A stretch of DNA of 35,803 nt, taken from the NCBI GenBank assembly GCA_001724265.1, contig MEDY01000314.1, positions 1-35,803 on the forward strand. The letters are read 5' to 3'. The position numbers and the translations under genes were made by a program. Below, in pieces: positions 1 through 10,735 of the stretch. A model generated the notes under the pieces. It was not told where the DNA came from. It searched no databases and saw only the letters and a list, made by a program, of their open reading frames with translations. This DNA comes from Rhizaria sp. SCN 62-66 (lineage: Eukaryota). Numbering within the stretch: the stretch's first letter is position 1; each line of letters starts with the position of its first letter.

Positions 1-1111
1 GGCGCGCGCGCGGCGGCAGCCCGGGCAGCAGGGGCATCGCCTCGAACCCGGGCGCGGAGACGGCGCCGCCGCCGCTGCCGCCGTAGCCCGCGCTGCTGCT
101 GCTGCCGCTCTGGCTGGAGCTGGCGCCGGCCTGCGCGGCGGCGGTGGCCGCGGCGGCCGTGGACGGCGGCTCAGGCGCCGTGGCCGTGGCCAGCGACGGC
201 TGCAGGCGGCGCCAGTGCGCGCGCGTGACGCCGACCGCCGTGCCCACGGTCAGCGCGGGCGCGGAAATTGGAGAGGACGCAGAAACTGGAGGGATCGGTC
301 CCGTGACGGCCGAGCCGATCGTCGCGCTGGCCGCGGGCGCGGCAGCGCTCGCAGTCGCAGAGTTGGAGCCGACATGAGAGTTTGCGGCGGCGGCAGAGGC
401 AGCGACTGCGGCGGCTGAGGGGTAGCGGTAAGCGTAAACGTCGGGGCCAGATGCAAATACTACAGGGCCAGCGGCACTGGCGCCAGGGTGGTGCTTCTGA
501 TGCTGATGCTGATGCTTCGCACCGTGACCGTGACCGTGGCCGTGAGTGCTACTGGCAGTGCTGTTGCTGTTGCTGTTGCTGCTGCTGTTCGCGGGCATGT
601 TGAAGGGCGTGCTCGCCACACTCAGCTTGCTGCCGCCGGCAACACCAGCAGCAGCACCGGCAGCGCCAGCGCCAGCGACACCGCTTGCACTGATGCTGTT
701 CATGTTAGCATTTGCAGCGTGAGTGGTCGCAGCGTTGCCCTTGCCGGAGCCGGAGTAGGAGCGCGCGCCCATCTTGCCCAGCAGCTGCTTGCGGCCCTCG
801 CCGTGGCCGTAGCCGTAGCCGTCGTCGTCGTCGTACGCGTCGTAGTCGTCGTCGTCGCCGTAGTAGTGCTCGTGGCAGTGCGCGGCGCCGCCCTTGCCGC
901 GGCTGCCGCGCGACCGCTGGTACCCCACGTCGCCGTCGTTGAAGTGCACCGAGGGCTGCTTCCCGCCGCCGACGCTCTCCCGCGAGGCGCGCTTGCCGGC
1001 GCCGGCCGCGGAGGAGGACGGAGACGCGCGGGGCGCCGCCGTACCGGTCGTGTTGCTGGCTGAGCCAGAGGCGGGAGTAGCGGATTTGCCACCAGATTTG
1101 CCGGAGGACAT
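1..1111 (-). CDS. Hypothetical low-complexity protein, N-terminal part (runs off the window's left edge)
   Basis: ATG at 1111 (MSSGKSGGKSATPASG...) begins at the AT-to-GC transition and the frame stays open to position 1. It has NS, HG and HQ dipeptide repeats like the other genes here. It is missing from the ORF track because it has no stop inside the window. Confidence 0.75.
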   Translation of the reverse strand, partial: MSSGKSGGKSATPASGSASNTTGTAAPRASPSSSAAGAGKRASRESVGGGKQPSVHFNDGDVGYQRSRGSRGKGGAAHCHEHYYGDDDDYDAYDDDDGYGYGHGEGRKQLLGKMGARSYSGSGKGNAATTHAANANMNSISASGVAGAGAAGAAAGVAGGSKLSVASTPFNMPANSSSNSNSNSTASSTHGHGHGHGAKHQHQHQKHHPGASAAGPVVFASGPDVYAYRYPSAAAVAASAAAANSHVGSNSATASAAAPAASATIGSAVTGPIPPVSASSPISAPALTVGTAVGVTRAHWRRLQPSLATATAPEPPSTAAAATAAAQAGASSSQSGSSSSAGYGGSGGGAVSAPGFEAMPLLPGLPPRAR

Positions 1112-1546
1112 GTAGCGAGGTGAAGTAGTGTTCGGCGAAGCCAGAACCGAGATATTGCGTAAAACGCAAAGATTTCAGCGTGGTAGTCGGGCGGTGTCGT
1201 CTTAGATGCAGGAGAAACGAACCAGCAGGAAGAACGAAAAGGGTGATCTCGCGGGGTCAGCGCGGTGCCGCTGAGGGCCTGGGGAGGAGGCATAGAAGGT
1301 GATAAACGCGGTGTTAGTAAAAAGTAAAAAGAGAAATGTGTGGAAAACAACATGAAAACGTGTGCATACCCCGCTGTTCCACTATTTGTTGGACGGAACA
1401 TGGCGTAAATAAGACGACAATTTCTCACCACATACGACTTTGGCGACACTTCGAAGTTGCGAAGGTTGGAACGGTAGGTTTTAAAAGTCTCTTGAGTTGC
1501 ACTCCTGGCTCCGTTGTTTGACAAAGCACTGTGCAGAACGTCTCCC
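1112..1546. promoter_or_regulatory. Short divergent (head-to-head) intergenic region, likely a bidirectional promoter
   Basis: 435-nt lower-GC spacer between two divergently oriented start codons (1111 - and 1547 +). No specific element identified. Confidence 0.4.
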
Positions 1547-3332
1547 ATGAGTGAATCTAGCACAAACACGCTTATTGTTGTTGGCGCCAACGCTGCGACG
1601 CGCTCCCATATCATCACAGGTTCGTCCCCTCCCAGACTCTTTTTGCTCGCTCCCATCGTTGTCTGCTCGTTGTTCTCGTCCTGCCAGCGCACCCACACTC
1701 ATTGCCACTTGATGCACCCCTTTGTTCGGTATTTTCTCGCTCTTTACAGCCGTTTCTGGCCTTGCATCAGACTCAGCCAGCGTCGCGCCGCTGTCCTGGA
1801 CGGTCGACAACAAGTACTATTTGGCCCCCGTAAAGGTCCACTCCCTGCCCGCCGCCGCCGCCGCCACTGTCTCGAGCTCCGGCGCCGGCAAGGCCGCGGT
1901 GCGCGGCAAGGGCGCCGTTGCCGCACTGCTGTCCCGTGCCAACGCCGCCGTTTTCCTCTACTGCCCCTCAGTCCCGCACAACGCTAACAGCAACAGCAAC
2001 AGCAGCAGCAAATCTTCAGACAAGCCTGATGCGGCTGATGCTGCGGCGCCGTTCTCGCTGGCGTCCGTGATGCCCGCGCTGCGCGCCGTGTCTTCCGCCG
2101 GCAACATCGACACGACCCTGCTGCTCGCGCTCGTCCCCGACAACAGCAACAGCAACAGCACGGCTCACCCTGACGCTGACGCCGACGCCGCTGCCGCTGC
2201 CGCCGCCGCCGCCGCCACTGTGCGTGCGCGCGTGGACGAGGCCGCGCTGGTCGCGGGGCTGCGCGCGGGCCGGCGCGCGGCGCTGCGGCACACGGCCGAG
2301 CTGGTGCAGGTGCCGCTGCCCGCCGCGCTGATGGCGACCCTGCTCTCGCTCGCCCACAACGCCAGCAGCAGCAACAGCAACGAGGACAGTGACGCTGCTG
2401 TGGAGGCTGATGTGGCCGCTGCCGTCACGGCCGCGCTTGCGGCCGCCAGTCTTGACTCGAGCGAAAACGCCGACGCTGACGCTGATGCTGATGCTGATGT
2501 TGATGACAACGACAATGGCAATGAAGAGGAGGATGACGATGACGGCGACGGTGACGAGAGCGAAGACGAGGACGCGGACTACGTCGACGACGAGGAGCTG
2601 CGCGGCCTCACGCGCGCCGCCGAGGTCCTTGCCTGCTGCATGTGGCCCGTCATGGAGCGCAAGCCGCAGCCGGACCGCAAGAGCGCGCACTCCGCCAAGT
2701 CCGCAGCCGCCAACGCAAGCGCCGCGAGCGCTACTGGTGCCACTGCGGAGAAAGACGTGAGTGTGGTGGGCGCGTTTGCGGGCGCCGGCGCGAGCGCGAG
2801 CGCGACCCGCGCGCAGCGGCTGGGCGCCGGCGACAGCGCCGAGAGCGACGGCGACGGCGACCACGAACATGGTGACGGTCACGAGGGACACGACGGTCGT
2901 CATCTCACTGACCTGGCTGATCTCGAGGGGCCCTATGTCGGCAACAAGAGCAACAGCAACGCCGGCGACGGCAAGGCCAGGTCCGCGGCCAAGTCCGGCT
3001 CTGCTGCGGGCTCTGCGACTGCAACTGCGATGAACGTGAACGGCGACGCGGCGGGTTTGGAGTCGTTCGAGCAGATCATGGCGACGGTGAGCAGCATGCG
3101 CGGCGCGGCGCAGGCCGGCGCGGCCGTGAGCGACGAGGAGCGTCGCCACAAGGCTGCCGAGGTTGCCACGGCGCTCATGCGCATGATGGGGCTCGACGGC
3201 GACGCCGACGACGACGACGACGCTGGCGATCACAACGGCGAGGGTGATGATGACGGCGATGATGAGATGATGATGAAGATGATGGGGCAGATGTTCGCGG
3301 GTATGGGCGGCGGGGGCAAGGATATGATGTGA
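1547..3332 (+). CDS. AAGAB: Alpha- and gamma-adaptin-binding protein p34 (AAGAB/Irc6 family); exons 1547-1619 and 1750-3332, ~551 aa
   Basis: Motifs WTVDNKYYLAPV, GLTRAAEVLACCMWPVM and C-terminal LESFEQIMATVSSMR...SDEERRHKAAEVATALMRMMG match my recollection of the p34 family. The splice is frame-preserving (G|CC). Ends in TGA. Confidence 0.8.
1620..1749 (+). other. Spliceosomal intron (130 nt)
   Basis: GTTCGT...ctctttaCAG, pyrimidine-rich, joins the exons in frame. Confidence 0.8.
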
Positions 3333-4096
3333 ATGTAGTCATGCTGTAACAAGGACACAAGGTTCATATCTCTTTGTAGCTTGCTCTCTATGTCTGGGCA
3401 CGATGTTATTAACCTGTTGATGTCTCCACTACGCTCGACATGCAAGGGACAATGATGCAGGGTAGGTGGGTTATATAGTTATTTGGACAAAAATATGTGA
3501 ATAAAACTGTGTATTTAAGTCTATTATTGCGACTCGTATTGATTTTGAGTCGATATCGATGTAAATGTGCATTTCACTGTGCGACGGGTCAGTAAGGTTC
3601 CGAAAAAATTGGCCGGTGATCGTCGTCCGCCAACTTCGTGTAACGCGACTTCGGGGTGTTGGAGGGTGCTCATGAAATAGTGAAAATCGGGGACATACGA
3701 TCGTTGTTTGCACATAACACGCCTTGAGCGGTGTGGAAACGTGGCTTTTCTGACGTCTAGTTTTATTTCATCGCTGAAACCTGCTCGCTGGGGTCGTATA
3801 TCTCTCCTTCGCTCGACTCATTTGCCTCAAGCCCGCCCGTGGCACCGAGCCCGCCTTCAATGTCTCTGTGCGCCTTGTAACAGCATCGAACCACGGTTGT
3901 CTTCTTTTTCAAGGAATACTTAACATATCATGTGTATATACGATGCTCTGTGGCTTCATTTCTTTCTAACCTCTGTCTCTAGAACTCTTACTGTCCCTTC
4001 GCCCTAATCGTACTTTCGCACTCACTCCCTTTTTTATTTGGTGGGCTTCGCCAATTCTCTTATTTATGCTTTGTTTTGTCCTCCGTCAGAACCCGC

Positions 4097-6079
4097 ATGC
4101 TGTCCCGGCTATCCCGCTCGGCTGTGTCCGCTCTGGGCTTCCGCGCCGCTACGGCCGTCGCCGCCGCTTGCGTCGCCACCGCCCCCGCCGCCCCCGTCAC
4201 CTCCGCCCTCCCTTCCCTCGCGGGCGTCAAGGCCAAGACCGTTTCCAGCGCCGGCGCCGTCCTTTCCACCAAGGACCTCCTCTCGTCGCTCTCCGTCCGC
4301 GCCGCCGCCCCCGCGCGCGCGATGTCGTTTGCGCAGACGCACATCAACGTCATCGACGGCGCTCTCCCCAAGGACGACGCCGCCCTGCTCGCCAACGCCG
4401 AGAAGATGGACGAGATCCTCGCCGACCTCCGCGCCCGCGTCTCGGCCGCGCGCCTGGGTGGTGACGAGAAGGCGCGCGCCAAGCACGTCGAGCGCAAGAA
4501 GATGCTGGTGCGCGACCGCATCGACGCGCTCGTCGACCCCGGGGCGCCGTTCCTCGAGCTCTCGCAGCTCGCCGGCACGGGCCTCTACGCGCCCGACGTG
4601 ATCAACGCCGGCGGCGTCATCACCGGCATCGGCCGCGTCAACGGCGTTGAGTGCATGATTGTCGCTAACGACGCGACCGTCAAGGGTGGCACCTACTACC
4701 CCGTGACTGTGAAGAAGCACCTCCGCGCCCAGGAGATCGCTCAGCAGTGCCGCCTGCCCTGCATCTACCTCGTCGACTCCGGAGGTGCGAACCTCCCCAA
4801 CCAGGTACGTGGACCAACTTGAAACAAATCAACACCAAGATAGGACTTGGTTGAACGCTTTATTCTCATCTCAAACATCTTCTTTTCTCACCACAATTTA
4901 TCTTGTTCTTGTTTTCTTTCCTTCTTTCAGGACGAGGTGTTCCCCGACCGCGACCACTTCGGCCGCATCTTCTACAACCAGGCGCAGATGTCTGCGCAGG
5001 GCATCCCGCAGATCGCCGTCGTCATGGGCTCCTGCACGGCCGGCGGCGCCTACGTGCCCGCCATGGCCGACGAGTCCATCATCGTCAAGAAGACCGGCAC
5101 CATTTTCCTCGGCGGCCCCCCGCTCGTCAAGGCCGCGACGGGTGAGATCGTCTCCGCGGAGGACCTCGGCGGCGCCGCACTGCACTGCAAGCAGTCCGGC
5201 GTGACGGACCACTTTGCCGAGAGCGACGAGCACGCGCTCGCCATCGCGCGCCGCGTCGTCGCCAACCTCAACTGGCGCCGCGATTTCGCCGTCACGCAGA
5301 CGCCCGTCGTGCCCCCGCTGCACGACACGGCCGAGCTGCGCCACCTGGCTCCCGTGGACTTGTCCAAGCCGCTCGACATGTACAAGGTCATTGCGCGTCT
5401 TGTCGACGGCTCCGTCTTCGACGAGTTCAAGGCCCTCTACGGCTCCTCGCTTATCTGCGGCTTCGCGCGTCTCCACGGCTTCCCCGTCGGCATTGTCGCC
5501 AACAACGGCATTCTTTTCTCCGAGTCGGCCAAGAAGGGCTCGCACTTCATCGAGCTGTGCGCGCAGCGCAACATCCCGCTCGTGTTCCTGCAGAACATTT
5601 CCGGCTTCATGGTCGGCAAGCAGTATGAGGAGGGCGGCATCGCCAAGGATGGCGCCAAGATGGTCACCGCCGTCGCCACGGCCAACGTGCCCAAGTTCAC
5701 CGTCCTCTGCGGCGGCTCCTTCGGCGCCGGCAACTACGGCATGTGCGGCCGCGCCTACTCGCCCAACTTCCTCTTCATGTGGCCCAACGCGCGCATCTCG
5801 GTCATGGGCGGCGAGCAGGCCGCGGGCGTGCTGGCCCAGGTCACGCGCGACAACATCGAGGCCAAGGGCAAGACGTGGCCCGCCGAGGAGGAGGAGGCCT
5901 TCAAGGCGCCCATCCGCGCCAAGTACGAGCGCGAGGGCTCGTGCTACTACTCGACGGGCCGCCTCTGGGACGATGGCGTCATCGACCCCGCCGACACGCG
6001 CGACGTGCTCGGCCTGGCGCTGTCTTCCGCGCTCGGCGCCGGCAACAAGGAGACCAAGTTCGGCCTCTTCCGCATGTAA
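4097..6079 (+). CDS. MCCC2: 3-methylcrotonyl-CoA carboxylase beta (carboxyltransferase) subunit, mitochondrial; exons 4097-4804 and 4931-6079, ~618 aa
   Basis: Conserved motifs [85 protein letters not shown] and C-terminal FGLFRM. The Arg/Ser/Ala-rich N-terminus looks like a presequence. Ends in TAA. Confidence 0.96.
4805..4930 (+). other. Spliceosomal intron (126 nt)
   Basis: GTACGT...long polypyrimidine tract...CAG. Splicing restores the conserved LPNQDEVFP motif. Confidence 0.96.
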
Positions 6080-6538
6080 ACGCGTCAACTGGACATGAGT
6101 GCTGATCGCGGGTGCGTGTATGTGTCGGAGTGAGCATGAGGCGAAAGTGCAGCTGAGGGTGATGTGAGGAAGGTTATGAAGTGTTTACTCGCAACGTAAA
6201 GCTTTTGTTCTTTCCAGTTGACTCACTTGCCTTGTCTTTCAAGGATAGTGATCGAGAATGGTTTTTTTGCGTAGAAAATGTGTGTTTATAAGTTATTATT
6301 AATGTATGTATACAAAAGTATTTTATCACAAGCAGTACAGCATGCAGTCTTGGACCTTGTACGTCGATTATGTTGGAAATCTGATATGTGATCGAATCAG
6401 AATTGTAAAACATGTGTATTATTTGTGAAATGGCCACGACACCCTCATGTGCGTGACAGCTCAGTATCAAAAACAACATGGCACAGAGACAGAGCATTTG
6501 ACTATTTATCTCCCCAGCAAATGTATCTGGCCGCTCAC

Positions 6539-9266
6539 TCACTGCGCCTTGGTCTGGCTGGTGATGGCCGCAGTGGCGGCGGCGGTGGCAGCGGCGGCCA
6601 GGTCGCTGGCGCGCTGCGCGCCGGCCAGCGGCAGCAGGGTGGTTTGCGCGAACGCCATAAGCTCAGCCCAGTCCACGAAGCCGTCCTGGTTGGTGTCGGC
6701 GGCGGCGCAGAGCTCGGCGATCTGCGCGGCCGAGAGGCACACCGCGGAGTCGGCCACGAGGGCCGCGAACTCGCTGCCGCTGAGCCGGTCGTCGTCGTCG
6801 GCGTCGAACTCGACGAACTTGAGCCGCATCAGGCGGCTTAGCTCGGACAGCTGGTCGCCGCTCAGCTCGACCACAGCGCCGCTGCCGCTGCCGCTGCCGC
6901 CCGCGCTGCCGTTGGAGAGCGTGAGAGTCGCAAGCGCGCCCAGCGCGCCCAGCCCCGCCCCCGCAGCGGAGTCGCCGGCGTCCGCGCTTGCGCCGCCGTC
7001 GCTCCCCGGGCCAGCAGCGCCGCTGCCGGTCTGGAGGAACGCGGCGAGCTGCGGCACGGCGGCGGCGATGCTGGCGCTCTGCGTGGCCGCCGCAGTCTCG
7101 TCCTCAAAGAGCCGGTACACCACCAGCGACACGATGCGTGAAAACGACACGATGTCCACGAACGGCACCGCGCTGCCGCCACTGCCGGCGCTAGCACCGC
7201 TGTTGTTCGCGTTGGCGGCGATGGCGGCCAGCAGCGCAGCGCCGGCGTCGTCGCCAGCGCCACTAGCAGCGCCGTTGCTGTCCCCGTTGCTGCCGCTGGT
7301 AGCAGAGCCCGCGCCGACGCCGGCGCCGTCGGCGAAGCCGCGGTCGAGGTACCCCGCGGCGGCCAGGAAGGCGTAGACCTGCAGGGCCGAGAGACGGACG
7401 CGGGCCGCGTCGTCGACGAGCGCGGCCGCCACGCGGTCCGCGCGCATCTTCTCGCCCGCGCCGCCAGCAGCCTCGCCGCTGCTGCTCTCGGAAGCAGCAC
7501 TACCGCCCGCGCTGCCGCTGCCGTGGCCGGAGACGTCTGCACGCTTGCGAGCGCGCATGACCTCGAGCAGGTAGCCACCGACGTCGTTGCGGGCGCGCTC
7601 CAGCTCGGCCTCGGCCAGCGCGGCGAGCAGGATGCTCTCGTAATGCAGCTGCAGGTGCTGATACAGCACGCCCGCAGAGCTGCTGCCGTCACTACTCCCG
7701 GCACCGCTGCTGCCGCTGCTGCTGCAGTCGCGGGGCAGCCTGGCGAGCACCGCGCGCGCCTCAGCGGGGCGCAGCGCGAGCCCCTCAACGCCGCCCAGCA
7801 GCAGCACCAGCTCGTCCGCGCTCACCACGCCCGTCTCGTTCGGGTCCAGCGCCACCAGCGGCAGGTCCATTGACGCGTGCAGCGCGGGCGCGGCGGCGCG
7901 GAGCCTGCGCGCGGCGGCGGAGTGCGCCTCGCGGGCCTCGAGCGCAACGGCGGCCACGGCGGCGGCCGTCGCGGCCAGCGCGGCGGCCACCTCGGCCACG
8001 GCGGCGACCGCGTCGGCCACGGGCACGGGCGTCGACAGCGCCGCCAGCGAGGGCAGCGCGGGCGCGGCCGCGGCGGCCGTGGCGGCGAGGACCGCGCCCT
8101 CGGTCGCGCGGCCAGTCACGCGACCCGGCACGCCCGCCAGCGAGAGCGCGCCCTCGTCCGCGCTCTCGCCGGCGGCGGCGACAGCAGCAGCGGCGCCGGC
8201 GCCGGAGCCGGAGTCGGAGCCGGAGCCCGCGGCGGCGAGCGCGTCGAGCGAGAGAAGCGCGTGCGCGGTCTGCAGCGCGTCGCGCGGCGCCAGCGCGGGA
8301 TAGCCGTGCGCAGGCAGTGTGCGCGCCGACACGCGCAGCACCGCCGACAGCGGGACCGTCGCGCCGCCGGCGCCGCCGGCGCTGACGTTCGAGCTGGCGC
8401 TGGAGCCGGCGCTGGCATGAGTGATGTAGGGGCGCAGCGCAGCGGTGAGCGCGGCCTCGAGCTGGGGCACCGTGGAGCGTGCCACGGGCGCTGCGGGCGC
8501 GGCTGAGGCAGAGGAGGATGAGGCGCGCGCGGCGGCTGCGGCGGCGGCAGCGGCGGCCTCGGCGGCGCCAGCGACGCCCAGACCCTGTTGCTCATCCCTG
8601 AAGAGTAGAAAGGGAAGAAAAAATGAAATGGTGAGAACAAATAATAGACCGAGTGCGTGGATCAATAGCACAAGACATGAAATATACGCGCTGAGAGTTG
8701 CGAGTGCACGGCATAACGCACCTGGGCGGGTCTGCGCGGGAGCGGGACGCGAAGCGTGTGGCGTGCTCGAGCTGGAAGCTGCTCATGTTGCGGCTGTTGA
8801 AGAGCGTCTTGGCCTTGAGGATGCGCAGCACGTGCTCGTCAATGTCGCGCGTAACGTCCGTGTGCACGCGGTCCTCGTGCTGCGCGCGCCACGACACGCG
8901 CGGCGCACCCAGAGACAGCGACACAGCGCCTGACTGCTGCTGCTGTTGCTGCCTGTTGCTGGGCAGATTGAGGACGAAGTTGGCTGGCAGCGGCGACGGC
9001 TCCCAGGGTTGCGGAGGCACGCGGGGATTGCTGGGCGGGCGAAAGAAGGCGACGGCAAAGTGCGTGAGCGCGCGCACGTCGGGTAGCGGCAGGTGCGGGG
9101 ACGGCACGCGGCACCAGTCAACATCGAAGAAGACGCAATACTGGGCCATCGAGTTGAACGTGATGGTGTACGAGTAACGGCTGTTCCATGAGTCAAGCAG
9201 GGAACGCAGGAAGTGCTCGCACTCGAGAATCACCTGGCCGCGTGGCGGGGAAGCCGGGGAGGGCAT
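6539..9266 (-). CDS. EF-hand protein with a putative N-terminal AKAP14/AKAP28-like domain; exons 9266-8722 and 8597-6539, ~867 aa
   Basis: C-terminal EF-hand pair (DADDDDRLSGSE; DTNQDGFVDWAE) and an internal EF-like loop (DPNETGVVSADE). Exon 1 contains FDVDWCRVPSPHLPLPDVRALTHFAV...VSWRAQHEDRVH, reminiscent of the AKAP28 domain (less certain). In-frame splice AG|G. Ends in TGA. Confidence 0.72.
8598..8721 (-). other. Spliceosomal intron (124 nt)
   Basis: GTGCGT...tttcttccctttctactcttCAG on the minus strand, frame-preserving. Confidence 0.85.
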
Positions 9267-9837
9267 CAGCGGAGCGGGCAGCGGCGGGACGCAGGAGCTA
9301 TGCTAGTTGGGTGCTGAGGGGGCGGGGAGGAGTTCTGGGGAGGGCACGAGAGAAAGTTTCAATGCTATTGTGAGTTCAACGAAAATAAATAGAATGAAAC
9401 ATGCGTTAATAATCCTAATTTGGTCCTTTCGCGCTGAATGACGGATCTTTGCTGTCAGTAGAACCATTTGCTATCACTCGCTCTTAGGAAACCGTTTCTG
9501 CCGCAGTGGCTAGTGGCCAGATAGAACAGTTTGTGGTGTGCTCGCATTGTCTACTTTCGGCACAGTGATATGCGACGAATATATCGTCAATGCTGGCCCA
9601 ATCATGTGATGCGTATTTAAACATGCGCTCTTGCTTGGTTGGTATATTCTTGTTTCTTAGAAGCGAATATACGCGCTGAGACAGGGTCACAAGTGCTGCA
9701 ACCCAAACGCATCATGCACTTTTTCGACCAGCACTACTTTCTTTGCCCAGCAGACAACACAACAGAGCATTATATCCTCGGCGCAAGAGACATCAGGGTT
9801 TTTTCACTATATTCTTCCGCTGTAACGTTGAGGCACG

Positions 9838-10568
9838 ATGGCAGACCACCCTGGCGCAGATCACCGTGAGCTCGCTGACAATGGTCGTATCTGCGACCTC
9901 CATGTCGCGCTCGCTGAGTTCATGGCTCTGACGACTTAGAGGGACTCTTTTGAACGTCTCTAGGCACGATGATCCGGCTTGACGACGAAAGGTTTCCTGG
10001 CAATGCCGCGCACTTTCGTGTAATGGCTGCAAATCGCCGTCTTGGGACTGATCTTCATACGTGTTTCGTGCCAGCGGACCAGTGTACGGCGGCATGATTG
10101 TCATTCGTCACGCTGTACCATGGGCGCGAGAACGCAAAGCTGTCCTGTGCCACGCAGCCTTTGTTGCTTCCGCGCAGCGACGTTGTCTGCGGCGAGTACA
10201 CAGAGCCGACGGACACGGACGAGACCGCGTCGTATCCCGCTGGCACTGTGCTTATGTATGCCGATAGCGTTGCCGCAGATCGGGATCTTGACAGCAGGTA
10301 TTGCGGCCTCCCGTGGTTCATCGTCTTCAAGTTGTGCCCCACAAGCCTGCTACGCGGCACCGTGCCCGTGGGCCGCGTGGTATCATGCGTGGCGGATGAC
10401 GAGCCTTCGGACGACGAACCTTCGGACGATGACAACATGGACAGGCCCTTTGACGCCGCGATGCTGCAGTGCTTTGAGACGCGCTGCGGGACCAAGGAGT
10501 GCAGTGTTGGCGCCCGCGTGGCGCCGCGTGGCGGCGCTGTCCGCTGAGTACCGACGGCTAAGGCATAA
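9838..10568 (+). pseudogene. Probable decayed gene fragment of unknown family
   Basis: Intermediate-GC, protein-like reading MIRLDDERFPG...CTAA*LSFVTLYHG...GAVR*VPTAKA* with in-frame TGAs at 10095 and 10545. The upstream piece from ATG 9838 is in another frame and contains TAG/TGA. Includes a 15-nt duplication (DDEPS x2). Confidence 0.45.
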
Positions 10569-10735
10569 GCGATAACCTTGCCTTCCAATGTGACAATGAA
10601 AATCTGACATTTACTATCACATGATAATATGAACCAACTAATGTGTTGGTCTTGTATTTTGTACCAATAAAACGTCTTCAGTCAGTGATTCAAGTTATAT
10701 ATCGTAATTCTAGTTAACCAGGGTGTGTCTTCTCT

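Noticed and set aside
9935-9965. Two TAGs in the 9838 frame as extra evidence for UAG reassignment
   Set aside because: The region also has TGA stops and a frameshift, so it is probably non-functional and uninformative.
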